From: Octopus vulgaris
Taxonomy: Eukaryota
Assembly (NCBI GenBank): GCA_951406725.2
Contig: OX597819.1
Coordinates: forward strand, 89,838,001 to 89,902,000
Direction of reading: 5' to 3'
Length of the DNA: 64,000 bases
Position 1 is the first letter of the stretch. Each line of letters opens with the position of its first letter. Shown in pieces: positions 40,633 through 52,363 of the stretch. Under the pieces are notes generated by a model. That model was not told the origin of the DNA and did no database searches. It saw only the letters and a list, made by a program, of their open reading frames with translations. A program made the position numbers and the translations under genes.

Positions 40633-40777
40633 TATAATAATTATAATAATAATAATAATAGCTCAGATTCGAAATTTCCCCAAGACACCTGACGAAGGCT
40701 GGAGAGTATATAAGTCGAAATGTTGTGTTAACAACAAGCATAATGAGGACAAATATCTGTTAAATGTAAATAATGTA
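39675..40777. mobile_element. Head-to-head inverted pair of a tRNA-head + (AAT)n + hammerhead-tail element; left copy interrupted by an RTE-tail repeat (39880-40457)
   Basis: Heads form a near-perfect hairpin at 40458-40608. Tails at about 39675-39790 (-) and 40665-40777 (+) are reverse complements and contain CAC-CT(G/A)AYGA-AGGCT...-CGAAA(C/T)GTT-GTG. Confidence 0.8.
40684..40729 (+). ncRNA. Minimal type I hammerhead ribozyme motif
   Basis: GACAC-CTGACGA-AGGCT..AGTC-GAAA-TGTT-GTGTT; stem I ACAC/GTGT. The inverted copy at about 39724-39768 keeps GGCTGA/TCAGCC and GAAACGTT. Confidence 0.65.
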
Positions 40778-40784
40778 CATTCCA

Positions 40785-41115
40785 CATTCAATCCCACTAT
40801 TTGGCACCTTGGACAAATGTCTTCTACTATAGCCTCAGGCCAACCAAACCCTTGTGGATTTGGTTGGTGGAAACTGAAAGAAGCCTGTCATATATGTATA
40901 TGTGTGTGTGTCTTTGTGGTTCTCTCCCACTACCACTTGACATCTGGTGTTGACTTGTTTACATCCCCATAACTTAATGATTTGGCTAAAGAGACCTGCA
41001 GAATAAGTACCTGGTTTAAAAACTAAGTACTGGGTTGGATTTATTCAACTAAACCCTTCAAGATGGTGCCCCAACATGGCTGCAGTCCAAAGTCTGAAAC
41101 AAATAAAAGAAGATA
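40785..41115 (+). mobile_element. tRNA-derived SINE (OR/OK-like), 5'-truncated
   Basis: CCCACT..TGGCACCTTGGACAAATGTCTTCTACTATAGCC...GGTGCCCCAACATGGCTGCAGTC. Confidence 0.8.
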
Positions 41116-42039
41116 TAAGGAAACATAATTACCATATCTGATGGTATATAAGTCACATTTTTTCCAAAACTCTGCATTCTATATGCAAAATTGGTTGCCC
41201 ATAATCTAATTTTGTCCCTGACATTCTTTTTCTTGAATATGCTCTGTTGGAATTGAGATGTATCTAATACATATCTTCTGTGTAATTAAATATGGTATGT
41301 ATGTTCCAAATTTTAAGCCACAATTTTGCACCTAGTTTTGCAGAGTCTTTTGTAGAGGTGTAATCTTTTCAAAGAGGAAGAGGTCATGTGATATATGACA
41401 TTTTTGCTTTTTTTTATGTTTTCTTTCTGAAATTTGTTCTTTTTTAACTTCTGTCAGAAAAAAAAAAACAAAAAAAAACTAAGAATATTGTATATCCCCA
41501 AGCTCTGCAATAAAAATTGGAAAAAAATTTACTGATTAGAAAAATAATTCATTTAGAGTAATTATGAGTAAATTAGTAATTTAAAGTAAATTAGTACAGT
41601 ATCATGGAAAAAAAAAAAAGCATATGTTTCAAGAATATAAAAACAACTATGTAAAAGTAAAATTTTATTCTACGATTTATATTTGTCTGCTAAATATAAA
41701 AAATTTTTACTTCCTGTTTTTGTAAACATTTTCAAATCTAAGCATGTTGTGTGGTTAAGAAATTTGTTTCTATATAGTTTGGATTTCAATTCCACTGTAG
41801 AGCACCTTAATCAAGTAAAGTGTCTGCCCCAGGCCAACCCAATCCTTGTGAGCAGATTTGGTAGATGGAGACTGAAAGAAAACCATCGTGTGTGTGCCTC
41901 TGTGTGTTTGTATCTCCTTGTCTTGACGTTGTGCCATGGTTGTGAACAATTATCGTTGTCATGCAAATGGTGTCCCTCATTGCCAATCTTCTGCAAAACC
42001 ATGTCCGGTCATAGGGAAATATTCTTTTCTACTCTAGGT

Positions 42040-42420
42040 ACAAGGACCGAAATTTTGCGGGAGGGGGACCAGTCAATTAGATCGACCCCAGTATGCAACT
42101 GATACTTAATTTATTGGTCCCAAAAGGATGAAAGGCAAAGTTAACCTCAGCAGAATTTGAACTCAGAATGTAAAGACAGATGAAATACCTATTTCTTTAC
42201 TACCCACAAGGGGCTAAACACAAAGGGAACAAACAAGGACAGACAAACGGATTAAGTCGATTACATCAACCCCAGTGCGTAACTGGTCCTTAATTTATCG
42301 ACCTCGAAAGGATGAAAGGCAAAGTCGACCTCTGCAGAATTTGAACTCAGAACGTAAAGACAGATGAAATACCACTAAACATTTCGCCCGGCATGCTAAC
42401 GTTTCTGCCAGCTCATCACT
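42040..42420 (-). mobile_element. Two tandem copies of the second SINE family
   Basis: AAAGGATGAAAGGCAAAGT...GAATTTGAACTCAGAA occurs twice. Confidence 0.8.
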
Positions 42421-42442
42421 TTAGTCATAGGGAAATATTACT

Positions 42443-42848
42443 GTGGCTGTGTGATAAGAAGCTTGCTTCCCAACCACACAGTTCCAAGTTCAGTCCCACT
42501 GCATAGCACTTTGGGCAAGTGGCTTCTACTATAGCCTCGGGCTGACCAAAACCTTGTGAGTGGATTTGGAAGATGGAAACTGAAAAGAAACCTATCATAT
42601 CTTTATATGTGTGTGTGTAAGTGTGTCTTTATGTCTATGTTTGTCCCCTGTCACTGTTATACAACCAGTGTTGGTTTGTTTACATCCCCATAACTTAGCA
42701 GTTCAGCAAAGAGAGACTAATGAATTAAGTGCCAAGCTTAAAAGCACAAATAAGCACAGGGGTTGATTTATTTGACTGAAAGTTCTACAAGGTGGTGCCC
42801 CAGCATGGCCGTAGTCTAATAAGTGAAACAAGTAAATGATAAAAGATT
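42443..42848 (+). mobile_element. Full-length tRNA-derived SINE (OR/OK-like)
   Basis: Head GTGGCTGTGTGATAAGAAGCTTGCTTCCC to tail GGTGCCCCAGCATGGCCGTAGTC..GAAACAAGTAAA. Confidence 0.85.
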
Positions 42849-43121
42849 ACTTAGAAACAAATAACGGCTGTTAATAAGGAGAGCATCTGTCCATAGAAAA
42901 TCTGCCTCAGTGAATTCCTTCTAACCTATGCAAGCATGGAAAAGTGGACATTAAAACAACAATAGGAGTGGCAGCAGTGATGACAACTGTAAAATTTCTA
43001 TGAAACTTGGATACAATAATTCTAAATAAATCAACATTTCTAAGCCTACAGAAGATTGGTAACAACTTCTTAAAGCAATTTATTTAAAATATAGTGAATT
43101 CATGTAGCTGCATTGATGTAT

Positions 43122-43530
43122 TGGGGCTGTGTGGTAGAAAACTTGCTTCCAAACTGCATGGTTCCAGGTTCTGTCCCACTGCCTGGCACCTTGGGCAAGC
43201 ATCTTCTGCTATAGCCTCAGACCGACCAATGACTTGTGAGAGGATTTGGTAAATGGAAACTGAAAGAAGCCTGCATGTGTGTGTGGGTGGGTGGGTGGGT
43301 GCACACGTGCATGTGTGTGTGTATGTGTGTCCCACCATTGCTTAACAACTGGTGTTGGTATGTTTATGTCCCCATAACTTACCAGTTCAGCAAAAGAGAC
43401 TGATAAAATAAGTACCAGGCTTTGAAACAAATAAGCACTGAATTCAATTCATTTGACTATCAATTCTCCAAAGCTGCTGCCCCAGTATGGCTGCAGTCAA
43501 ATGACTGAAACAAGCAAAAAAGTAAAAAGA
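43122..43530 (+). mobile_element. Full-length tRNA-derived SINE (OR/OK-like)
   Basis: Same head, body and tail as 42443-42848. Confidence 0.85.
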
Positions 43531-44336
43531 ACAATAACAGACTATGTTAGGTACCAATAATTTGGATATGGTCAGGTACTACCGCTAGTCTTCTTAAAGT
43601 AGTGTAAACATCCACTAGAACTACAGTTAGCTTAGTCGGTAGAGCATCTGAGATAATACATTTAGATATTTAGTTGTGCACTTACTTTATGGTCTGACTT
43701 CAAGTCCTAACTAGATTACCTTTGCCTTTCATCATCATCATCATCATTTAACATTCACTTTTTCATGCTGATATGGGTCAAATGGAATTATGCTGAGGCA
43801 GCTTTTCTACAGTCAGATACCCTTCTAGTCACCAACACACCCCCAACTTGTTTCCAAGTGAGGTAATATATATCTACCCATAGCATGATATGTCTTTTTA
43901 TGAAAAACTGGAAATGAACAGCCTCGTTTATATGACAATGATGCTGATTTATAATTGCAATGTGATGTCTTGACAAGCGTACACATGGACACATGCACAC
44001 ATATACAAATATATGTGTGTGTGTGTTACACACACACACAAAGCACATGGCCTAGTGGTTTGTGGTGTTGCACTCATGATCATGAGATCATAGTTTCAAT
44101 TCTCAAACCCACTGTGCATTGTGTTCTTAAGCAAAACACTTTCATTTCACATTACTCCAGTCCACGCAGCTGTAAATGCATAACTCTGTGACAGATAAGC
44201 CTTCTGACCAGGGGAAATGTTGGCTGGTTTGCCTAGCCAGTGGAGTGGCATCATTCAAATGCTAAAATGATGCAAAGCGCATTGTGGCCAGCAAAAATAC
44301 CATCCAATAGTCTGGTCAATACTGTGATACCATGAC

Positions 44337-44371
<35 letters not shown>

Positions 44372-44434
44372 TGTATGTACGTACGTACGTACGTATGATG
44401 TATGTATGTATGTATGTTTGTATTTGTATATGTA

Positions 44435-45690
44435 TCAGGTTGAGTAAAAACTAAGCAATGATTTGAACCATGAAGGATTTGTACTGGATTTTTGCAGAGT
44501 TATAAATTTTTTTTAAACACATTTTTACAATTTTCTGATAATACAGACAGACTTATCCAAATGCATCAATAAATTAACATTGAGATTTTTTTCACCGTTG
44601 TTACAATCATCTGAAATGGAACTGTCGAAGCATGATATTCGAGCAATTTTGCTATACAACTTCAAAAAAGGATGTAAAGCAGCTGAAACTGCTCGCAATA
44701 TCAACAAAATGTTTGGTGAGGAAATGACCAGTGAATAGTCTGCTCGATAATGGTTTGAATGATTTCAAGTGGAGATCTGTGCCTTGAAGGTCGTCAGCAT
44801 AGTGGACAACCTTCTGTCATTGATGGCTGTCAATTAAAGACCATCATTGAGAAAAATCCACGTAAAACCACTGAGAACTGGCAAAAGAATTTCAAGTTAG
44901 CCAGAAAACTGCCTGTAACCATTTGCATGCAATCAGAAAATCAAAAAAGCTCGACAAATCACACAATCTGAATGAAAATCAGAAAATGAGCAGATATGAA
45001 ATTTGATCATCGCTTCTTCTCCATAACTAGACCGATCCAGTTCTTGACCGTATTGTAACTTGCAATGAAAAGTAGATTCTGTACAATAATAAAAAATGTT
45101 CTTCGCAATGATAGGACCAAAATGAAGCATCGAAACCTTCCCTAAACCCAAGCTCTTCAAAAAGAAGGTTATGGTGACTGTTTGGTGGTGTACTGCTGGA
45201 CTCATCCACTATAACTTCTTAAAACCCAGAAAAACCATTACTGCAGAAACATATTACTATTAAATTGCCAAAATGAACAAAAAACTGCCACTTTTCCATC
45301 CCAGACTGGTCAATAGAAGAGGGCCAGTCATTCTTCATGACAATGCTTGACCACATGTTTCACTAATGATGCTCCAGATGTTGAGAGAACTTGCCTACAA
45401 AGTTCTTCTCCATCCAGCTTATTCCTCAGACCTTTCTCCTCCCAACTACCGCTTTTGCAAGCACCTTGATGGTTTTTTGTGAGAGGAGTTCAAAAATCAA
45501 ACCGATGCTGAAAGTGTGTTCAAAGGGTTCATCAGCTCCAGAACTCCAGAATTTTATGTTACCGGAATAAACAAACTTGTATCTCATTGGCAAAAATGTG
45601 CTGATTGTAATGGTACTTACTTTGAGGAATAAAATTTCTGCATTGTTGAGACATAGTTTCAAAACGTTGCTTACATTTTACTCAGCCTGA
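44435..45690 (+). mobile_element. Full-length (~1.26 kb) mariner element, Hsmar1/cecropia-like, inactive
   Basis: TA|TCAGGTTGAGTAAAAA ... TTTTACTCAGCCTGA|TA. Transposase 44616-45632 (MELSKHDIRAILLYNFKKG.KAAETARNIN, RIVTCNEK, KKVMVTVWW, LHDNA, HPAYSSDLSPPNY) has many stops and frameshifts. Confidence 0.93.
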
Positions 45691-45804
45691 TATATTGTTA
45701 TATTTTGGGATGGTCATTTTTTTTATCTTTTGCCAAATAAACACATGCACTATATACTCATTCTTCACTTCAGCTTTATTATTGTTCTTATTTTAGTATC
45801 CTTT

Positions 45805-45849
45805 ATCTGGAAATCTTTCGTCACATGTCCTGTGACCTCTTCAGCAATT
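45805..45849 (-). ncRNA. Hammerhead ribozyme motif in an unclassified repeat (about 45700-45910)
   Basis: - strand TTG-CTGAAGA-G-GTCAC-AGGACAT-GTGAC-GAAA-GATTTC-CAG with a perfect 5-bp stem II. Confidence 0.55.
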
Positions 45850-45961
45850 CTCCATCCCATGTGTCCCCTCCTGTTCTGAGCACTGTATACAATAAGTTCA
45901 TTGTTATTTTTTAAAGGTATACATCATCATCATCATCATCATCATCATCACCACCACCACC

Positions 45962-45993
<32 letters not shown>

Positions 45994-46625
45994 CATCATC
46001 ATTTAACATCCATTTTCCATGCTGGCATGGGTTGGATGGTTTGACATGAAGCTGTCCAGCTGGGAGCTGTCTCCATACACACACACAATGGGCTTCTTTT
46101 AGATTCTGTCCACTCAAAGATTTAGGCAGAAGACACTTACCAAGGTGCAATATGGTGATACTAAACTCAAGACCACGTGGCTTGGAAGCAAACTTTTCAA
46201 CCACACAACCACACCTGCACCCTCAGTCCAAGGTTAATAAAGTAAATACCAGTCATATACTAAGGTCAATATAACTGAATAGACTTTTCTTAATGTAATT
46301 GCTTTTTGTTGTTGTTTAACCCCAGGTCACCCCTGATCAAGCCGACCAATAATCAATAATTCTAACAGTGACCACTCTGTCTTTCATCCATGTGCAGGGA
46401 ACACAGAACCACAATATTCAATACTTCCTTTTCTAAGGTGAAACTTAAGAGATAGTTGACTGTCATTTCTAGCAGACTCGGAGCCAGTTAGGGGCTGTCT
46501 TGTTGGATCCTCTTGAAGGTGATGTCTCAGGGATGGCCACAGACCAATGAATGAAACTAGTAAAAGAATAAAAGATTATACTTTTGACATTTTTAATAAA
46601 ATGTCTGTTAATAATTTGTTTTCAG

Positions 46626-46741
46626 CTCTCCTGCGCCTGATGTCCTCCAAGACATTTTAACACCGATGGCAACTGTTCGAGTGTCCTTTTATGAATTTCT
46701 AATGATATTGGCAAAGAGTGAAACAGTAAACAACTCATTAG
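46626..46741 (+). CDS. CSTPP1: Next exon of the CSTPP1/C11orf49 homologue
   Basis: TTTGTTTTCAG acceptor, G|GTATGT donor, phase 2 to 1, in frame with the previous exon. SSPAPDVLQDILTPMATVRVSFYEFLMILAKSETVNNSL(G) vs human SCPPPALVKEALSNVQRLTFYGFLMALSKHRGINQALG (recalled). Confidence 0.88.
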
Positions 46742-46789
46742 GTATGTGTTTTATTTTCATTTTATTATTAAGCCATTATGTTTAGTGGA

Positions 46790-47224
46790 ATTGCAGAAAC
46801 AGTAAAAGAAAAGGAAGCTCTGACACTTTCGCCAGTGAACGACCTGTTCCTTGAGCTAGCATAAAAGTGTCTGAGCACTCCACAGACATGTGTTAAGGAT
46901 AAAGACTTCCTTTGGTCATGAATGACCATGGGATTACACCTAGAAAGTTCCCCTCTGAGGTTCAAGTCCTGGCAAGTTTGTTTATGAAAGATTAGCAGTT
47001 GCCCATGCATACCAGCTTCCCCTCTCAATGCCACTGATGTTATCGAAAGTAAAGGCAAAGGCTTAACACCAGTGATGTTGCAACTCATTTCTACACTGGA
47101 GTGAAATGGAGCAACATGAAATAAAGAGTTTTGCTCAAAAACATAACACACAGCCCGGTCCAAGAATTGAACTCACTACCTTGTGATTGTGAGCCCAACA
47201 CTCTAACCACTGAACCATGTGCCT
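46790..47224 (-). mobile_element. tRNA-derived SINE, third family
   Basis: - strand head GGCACATGGTTCAGTGGTTAGAGTG...GAGTTCAATTC; same family at 57797-58140 (+); similar head near 44042. Confidence 0.8.
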
Positions 47225-48853
47225 GTACTCAGTGTAATTCACTAGCAGAATCAGCATGAAATACATGTGACAAGGCTTGACCTTTGAATCAAAAATGTAT
47301 AGTGCAAGCTCCTAGTAGGGCCTCCCATAATGGAAAGGTCAAAGGATAGATGCCAGACTAATATGGATCACATCTTCCCAGAAGCCAAAATGGATTTGTG
47401 CAGGGTCAACACTCCTACCTAGAGAAAAAAAGCAAAGTCACTAAAGCATTGGTGACAATTCAAAACCAACAACATCTGGGAGATGAAGGATTTCTCTCAA
47501 GAAAATGCAAGAACAGATCCCAAAAGGGAGGAAGAAGAGAAGATGCCCTTGAGATACTGAGGCAGAGGTGAGAAATCAGGGACCTAGCTATTGATCATTG
47601 AAGCTCATAATTCCAGTCATTGAGGATATGAAAGAGCACATGAGAGTTGCCGCTTCTCTGTTATGTTGAGTAGCTTCACCTGCAGCGAATGTCACAACTG
47701 CTGCAGATCAAGAGCAGGACTTGTAATCCACATGTGAGACTCCCAAAGTTTGAATAAGAGCAGTCAATGTCAGCTTATGATGGACAGCTGAATAACTGGA
47801 GAGAAGCAGAAAAGATAGCCCAGAGTTAGGAAATGTTGAGAAAATTCATCAACGGCCTATGCTTCAGAGGGAGTGAAGGACTTGGGTAAATACTTGAGTC
47901 ATCTAATTAACTGGTCCTCCTTTCCTCAAAAATTGCTGCTCTTGTGCATAAGTTGGAAACCATTATCAGTCATCGTTATTTTCATCATAATTCTCTCTCT
48001 TCATTATCAATTTGATTGATATTCAGAATAAAATATAAATTGTTCAAATTTCCTAAAAAGCAATTTTTTTGTTGCTTTTTTTTTGTTTTTTTTTTCCTAT
48101 GTATTTTTCAAATTTTTCTATTATTTCACTGCTTTCTTTCAACTTGATCTACCACTGTAATATCTGATATATACATACATGTGTGTGTATGTGTGTGTGT
48201 GTTAGTTATCAAATTCTTCCTATCTTGTCTATTGGTATTTGATTTATTGCTGACAGTATTAACATATCGTTTTCTCTATGAGTGTGTGTGTGTGTGTCTG
48301 TGTGTACATGTGTGTGTCTGTGTGTATGTAATGACAAGAGACTTTTTTGTGATGATGTCATACTTTTGCACAGAAACAAAATGTTACTTGTTAAATTGCT
48401 GTTGTACTGTAGAGTATTTAAATAATCTAATCAGAACTATAACCGATACATAGTTTTATGCATGCATATATAACCAAATATGGTAGCCAAATAATGGCAT
48501 AAGAACTCTTAAATGCACATTACAAGGTTTACACTCAAAGTATACTAAATATATATATATACACATACATGTGTGTGTGTGTAAAATTATAAATAATATC
48601 CATTTTTTACTACTTTATTTGTCTTTTATCTTTTCACCTTGTGCTGTATTGAATACTTGATGTGGTTTCAGAGTCACATTCTGACTGCTATTTCAAGCAT
48701 GATGGTATCTCTTAGATACCCTTATTTATAATTTTAATAATTATTATAACCTATGAATGTTTTTTTTCTTCCCATGCTGTCACTAGATTTGATCGCCATT
48801 TGAAATAACAATCTTATCCTTATTTATAAAGATATTTTATATATGTATGTATG

Positions 48854-48893
<40 letters not shown>

Positions 48894-49047
48894 TACAAAG
48901 TGAGATAGGGGTTATGAGTGTAACCCACTATGGGATATCTGTTGGATTTGGATGTTCCTATTTAATTAATTAGTTAATAAATTATATGAATTGGTATTAT
49001 CTGGAAGTTGATGATTGAAAGGAATCTATTCCTCCATTTTCTTATTT

Positions 49048-49089
<42 letters not shown>

Positions 49090-49090
<1 letters not shown>

Positions 49091-49600
49091 CACTGGTTTG
49101 GTCATGTGATATAGATGAGGACAGCTGCATAAAGAAATACTGAGCTCTAATTGTGAAGGGTATCTATGGAAGGGGTAGATCCAGGAAGATGTCGGATGAA
49201 GTGATGAGAAGGGGTCTTCCTCAGTCCCTTGTCAATTCTTTGAGGAATTGACAAGGGACTGGAAGACGTGGTGATTTGCTGTACCTGATAAGACACTTCA
49301 AGCTAAATAAAATCACTATGTTCCACATACACAGGCTTGTTCTTTCAGGTGTGGATGCCACTTAAAAAGCACCCATGCCAGTGTTATGTTAACGCACCTA
49401 TACCCGTGCTACATAAGCATACCTGTGCTGGTAGCACATAAAAAGCACCCAGCACACTCTGCTAAATGGTTGGCATTAGGAAGGGCATCCAGACATAGAA
49501 ACCAGTGTCACAACAGACAGTTGGAGACTGGACAGCCCTTTGCTTGCCAACTCCATGTCAAACCATCCAACCCATGCCAGCATGGAAAGCGGATGTTAAA
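49090..49600 (+). mobile_element. RTE LINE 3' end (ORF terminus + 3'UTR)
   Basis: WFGHV...IVKGIYGRGRSRKMSDEVMR-like terminus running into the GGTTGGCATTAGGAAGGGCATCC...CCAACCCATGCCAGCATGG tail. Confidence 0.7.
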
Positions 49601-49698
49601 CAAAACAAAACAAAACATATATATATACCAGAGTAAACACATCAATGTGAAACAAGGTGGAAAAAAGAGTACTCAAATACTAGGGGTAGAGTAATATG

Positions 49699-49880
49699 CT
49701 TTATTTAAAAGCAGCAGAAATTCAACAAAACCTGTTACTCTGAGTTCCCGTTCCCGTTCGTCAGACAGTTTTTGTTAAATAAAAAGAATTTAAAAAAACT
49801 TTAACAAAAACTGTCTGACGAACGGGAATGGGAACTCAGAGTAACAGGTTTTGTTGAATTTCTGCTGCTTTTAAATAAAG
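49699..49880. repeat. Near-perfect inverted repeat (~80-bp arms), each arm containing a hammerhead-like motif
   Basis: Right arm AACAAAAACTGT-CTGACGA-ACGGGAATG-GGAA-CTCAGAG-TA-ACAGGTTTTGTT; the left arm is its reverse complement. Confidence 0.85.
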
Positions 49881-49913
<33 letters not shown>

Positions 49914-50199
49914 GTACATCATCATCATCATCATTTAGCATGTGTTGTCCAAGCTAGCATGGGTTGGATGATTTGACCAGGGCTGGCAAGCTGGAAGGCT
50001 GCACCAGACTCCAGTCTGATTTGGCATGGTTTCTATGGCTGGATGCCCATCCTAACACCAACCACTCCAAGAGTGTAATGGGTGCTTTTACGTGAAGCTG
50101 TTTTCAGATATGATCCATCCCATTCTTATAAAAATAATAACTCTGTCCAAATTGGTGTGCTAATCGCAAATTGTCGTTTCTGTAGAAGTTTAAAATTTT

Positions 50200-50818
50200 C
50201 AAATGAATCAAATGGTACGTGATACTCAGGTGGTCAGGTAACATTGCCAGCACTACCAGCTCATTCTCAACCTCATATGGATCTTCTAGAAGGCACTTCC
50301 ATTCAGTCAAAGGATTTTCTGAACTCTATCACACAATACAACTCTGCATTTCAAATGACATCCTTTACTGCATCTAAGAAGATAGTTAAACATGAATTTA
50401 TGCTGACTTCAAAGTTCAAAGGCAAGTCTTATCACCTCATTGGTTCCCTGTTACCCACAAATGAACAACCACAGTTCCTCCAAGTTTACTTTTATGAGTG
50501 ATGTAGGACAACAAACCCAAAGGAGGTGTCAAAATTTCAGATAATGGGTCATGTTAGACACAGTGCCGACTGACAGCTTTTCAGTGCATTCAAAAAATAA
50601 CATAACCCCCACCCCCACAATTTTCCATGACAGGTTATGGCCTGAAATACTCTAAACGGACACATAGCATATTACTTAGTCGAATTAGCCCATCATTTAC
50701 TCCACAAATGTTTTGTTGTCAATGCTGCACTTTCCCATATCATCTATTTCAACATAACTATAATATATTATATACAAACCATGCCATTTTAATCCCAAGC
50801 AACTAGTATCTCTGCTAG
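50200..50818 (+). mobile_element. Helitron deletion derivative (Rep N-terminal region + 3' end)
   Basis: SKDFLNSITQYNSAFQMTSF...YHLIGSLLP..PQFLQVYF is typical of the Helitron Rep N-terminus; terminal ..TATCTCTGCTAG|T at 50815-50819. Confidence 0.8.
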
Positions 50819-50830
50819 TGTGTGTATATG

Positions 50831-50861
<31 letters not shown>

Positions 50862-50889
50862 GTATATATATATGTATATATATATATGC

Positions 50890-50925
<36 letters not shown>

Positions 50926-51735
50926 CATCTCTTTTTTTTAACATCTGTCTTCCATGCCATCATGGGTTGGCTGATATGACTGGAGGTGGTAAACCAGAGT
51001 AACTGCACCAATTTCCAGCATCTGCCTTGGCAAGGTGTTTTTGGGTTGGTTGCCCTTCCTAATGCCAACCACTTTAAGTCATATAAGCATGTATGCATTG
51101 TATGTATGTGTGTGTGTGTGTGTGTGTGCATACATATAAAGGGAAAATAGTGAATATAGTAGAACAAAGATTAAACACTTGCTTTAAATCCTATAATAAT
51201 CTGGTATTTTGGATGAAAATATTCATTTTTTTTTTAAATGAAAAGAACAGGAGAACAAGTCTATATGAGATAAGAAAGCTGCATATTTTTGAAATGTGAA
51301 AAAAAAAACATTGAGTTCTAAATTGTGATGCATTGGTATGTCTGAAAATACTTTTCTGAAATCTATTACCAGTATGTATAGATCGTTGAGAAGTATATAT
51401 AGTGTATCTTTTTTAACATAGCACCAAAACATTTGTATGAAATTGCTTTTCACACAAATTGATAGTTTGAACACATTCAGGTGAATATTTCTTTTCTAAG
51501 ATGAAAAAATTGTGATCCATTAGATCCACCTGATTGCCTTGTAAGGGTTAAAAGTCCATTAAGAAATTCAGTTTTTCTCATCAAAAGTAAAAGGTATGCT
51601 TTAAAGAAGGGTACTTATAACTGGTATTGATACCTAAGTCATTCACCAATTAGTGCTATCATCATAAATAATTGATTAGCGGAATATTATTTCAGTGAGA
51701 AATTTCCCAAAAACAAGCACTGGTGTGGCTATAAG

Positions 51736-51910
51736 CATAGGCATGGCTGTGTGGTTAAAAAAGCTTGTTTTGCAACCCTGTAGTTTCAGGTTCAGTTCCA
51801 CTTTGAGGCATCTTCAGCAAGTGGATTTCAGCTGTAGCACGAGGTTAACTAATGCCTTGCAAGTGAATTTGTTTGATGGAAACTGTGGAAGCCCAACATA
51901 TGTCTGTATG

Positions 51911-51942
<32 letters not shown>

Positions 51943-52305
51943 TGTATGTATGTATGTATGTATGCTTCCCAACCACATGGCTCTGGGTTCAGTCCCACTG
52001 TGTGGCACTTTGGACAAGTGTCTTCCACTATAGCTTCAAGCTGACCTGTAAGTGGATTTGGTAGATGAAAACTGAAAGAAGCCTGTCGAATATATATGTA
52101 TATGTCTGTGTTTGTCCTCTCATCACCACTTGACAACCGGTGTTGGTGTGTTTACATCCTCATAACAGTGGTTCAGTAAAAGAGACTAATAGGATAAGTA
52201 CTGGGCTTTAAAAATGCCCTGGGGTCAATTTGTTTGGCTAAAACCCTTCATGGTGATGCTCCAGCTTGGCCACAGTCAAATGACTGAGAGAAGTAAAAGA
52301 ATTAA
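51736..52305 (+). mobile_element. Two adjacent OR/OK-like SINE copies separated by (TATG)n
   Basis: Two heads (about 51736 and 51963) and one tail GGTGATGCTCCAGCTTGGCCACAGTCAAATGACTGA. Confidence 0.75.

Positions 52306-52363
<58 letters not shown>

Noticed and set aside
44616-45632. Domesticated SETMAR-like transposase gene
   Set aside because: Multiple stops and frameshifts, TIRs present, no SET domain: a dead mariner
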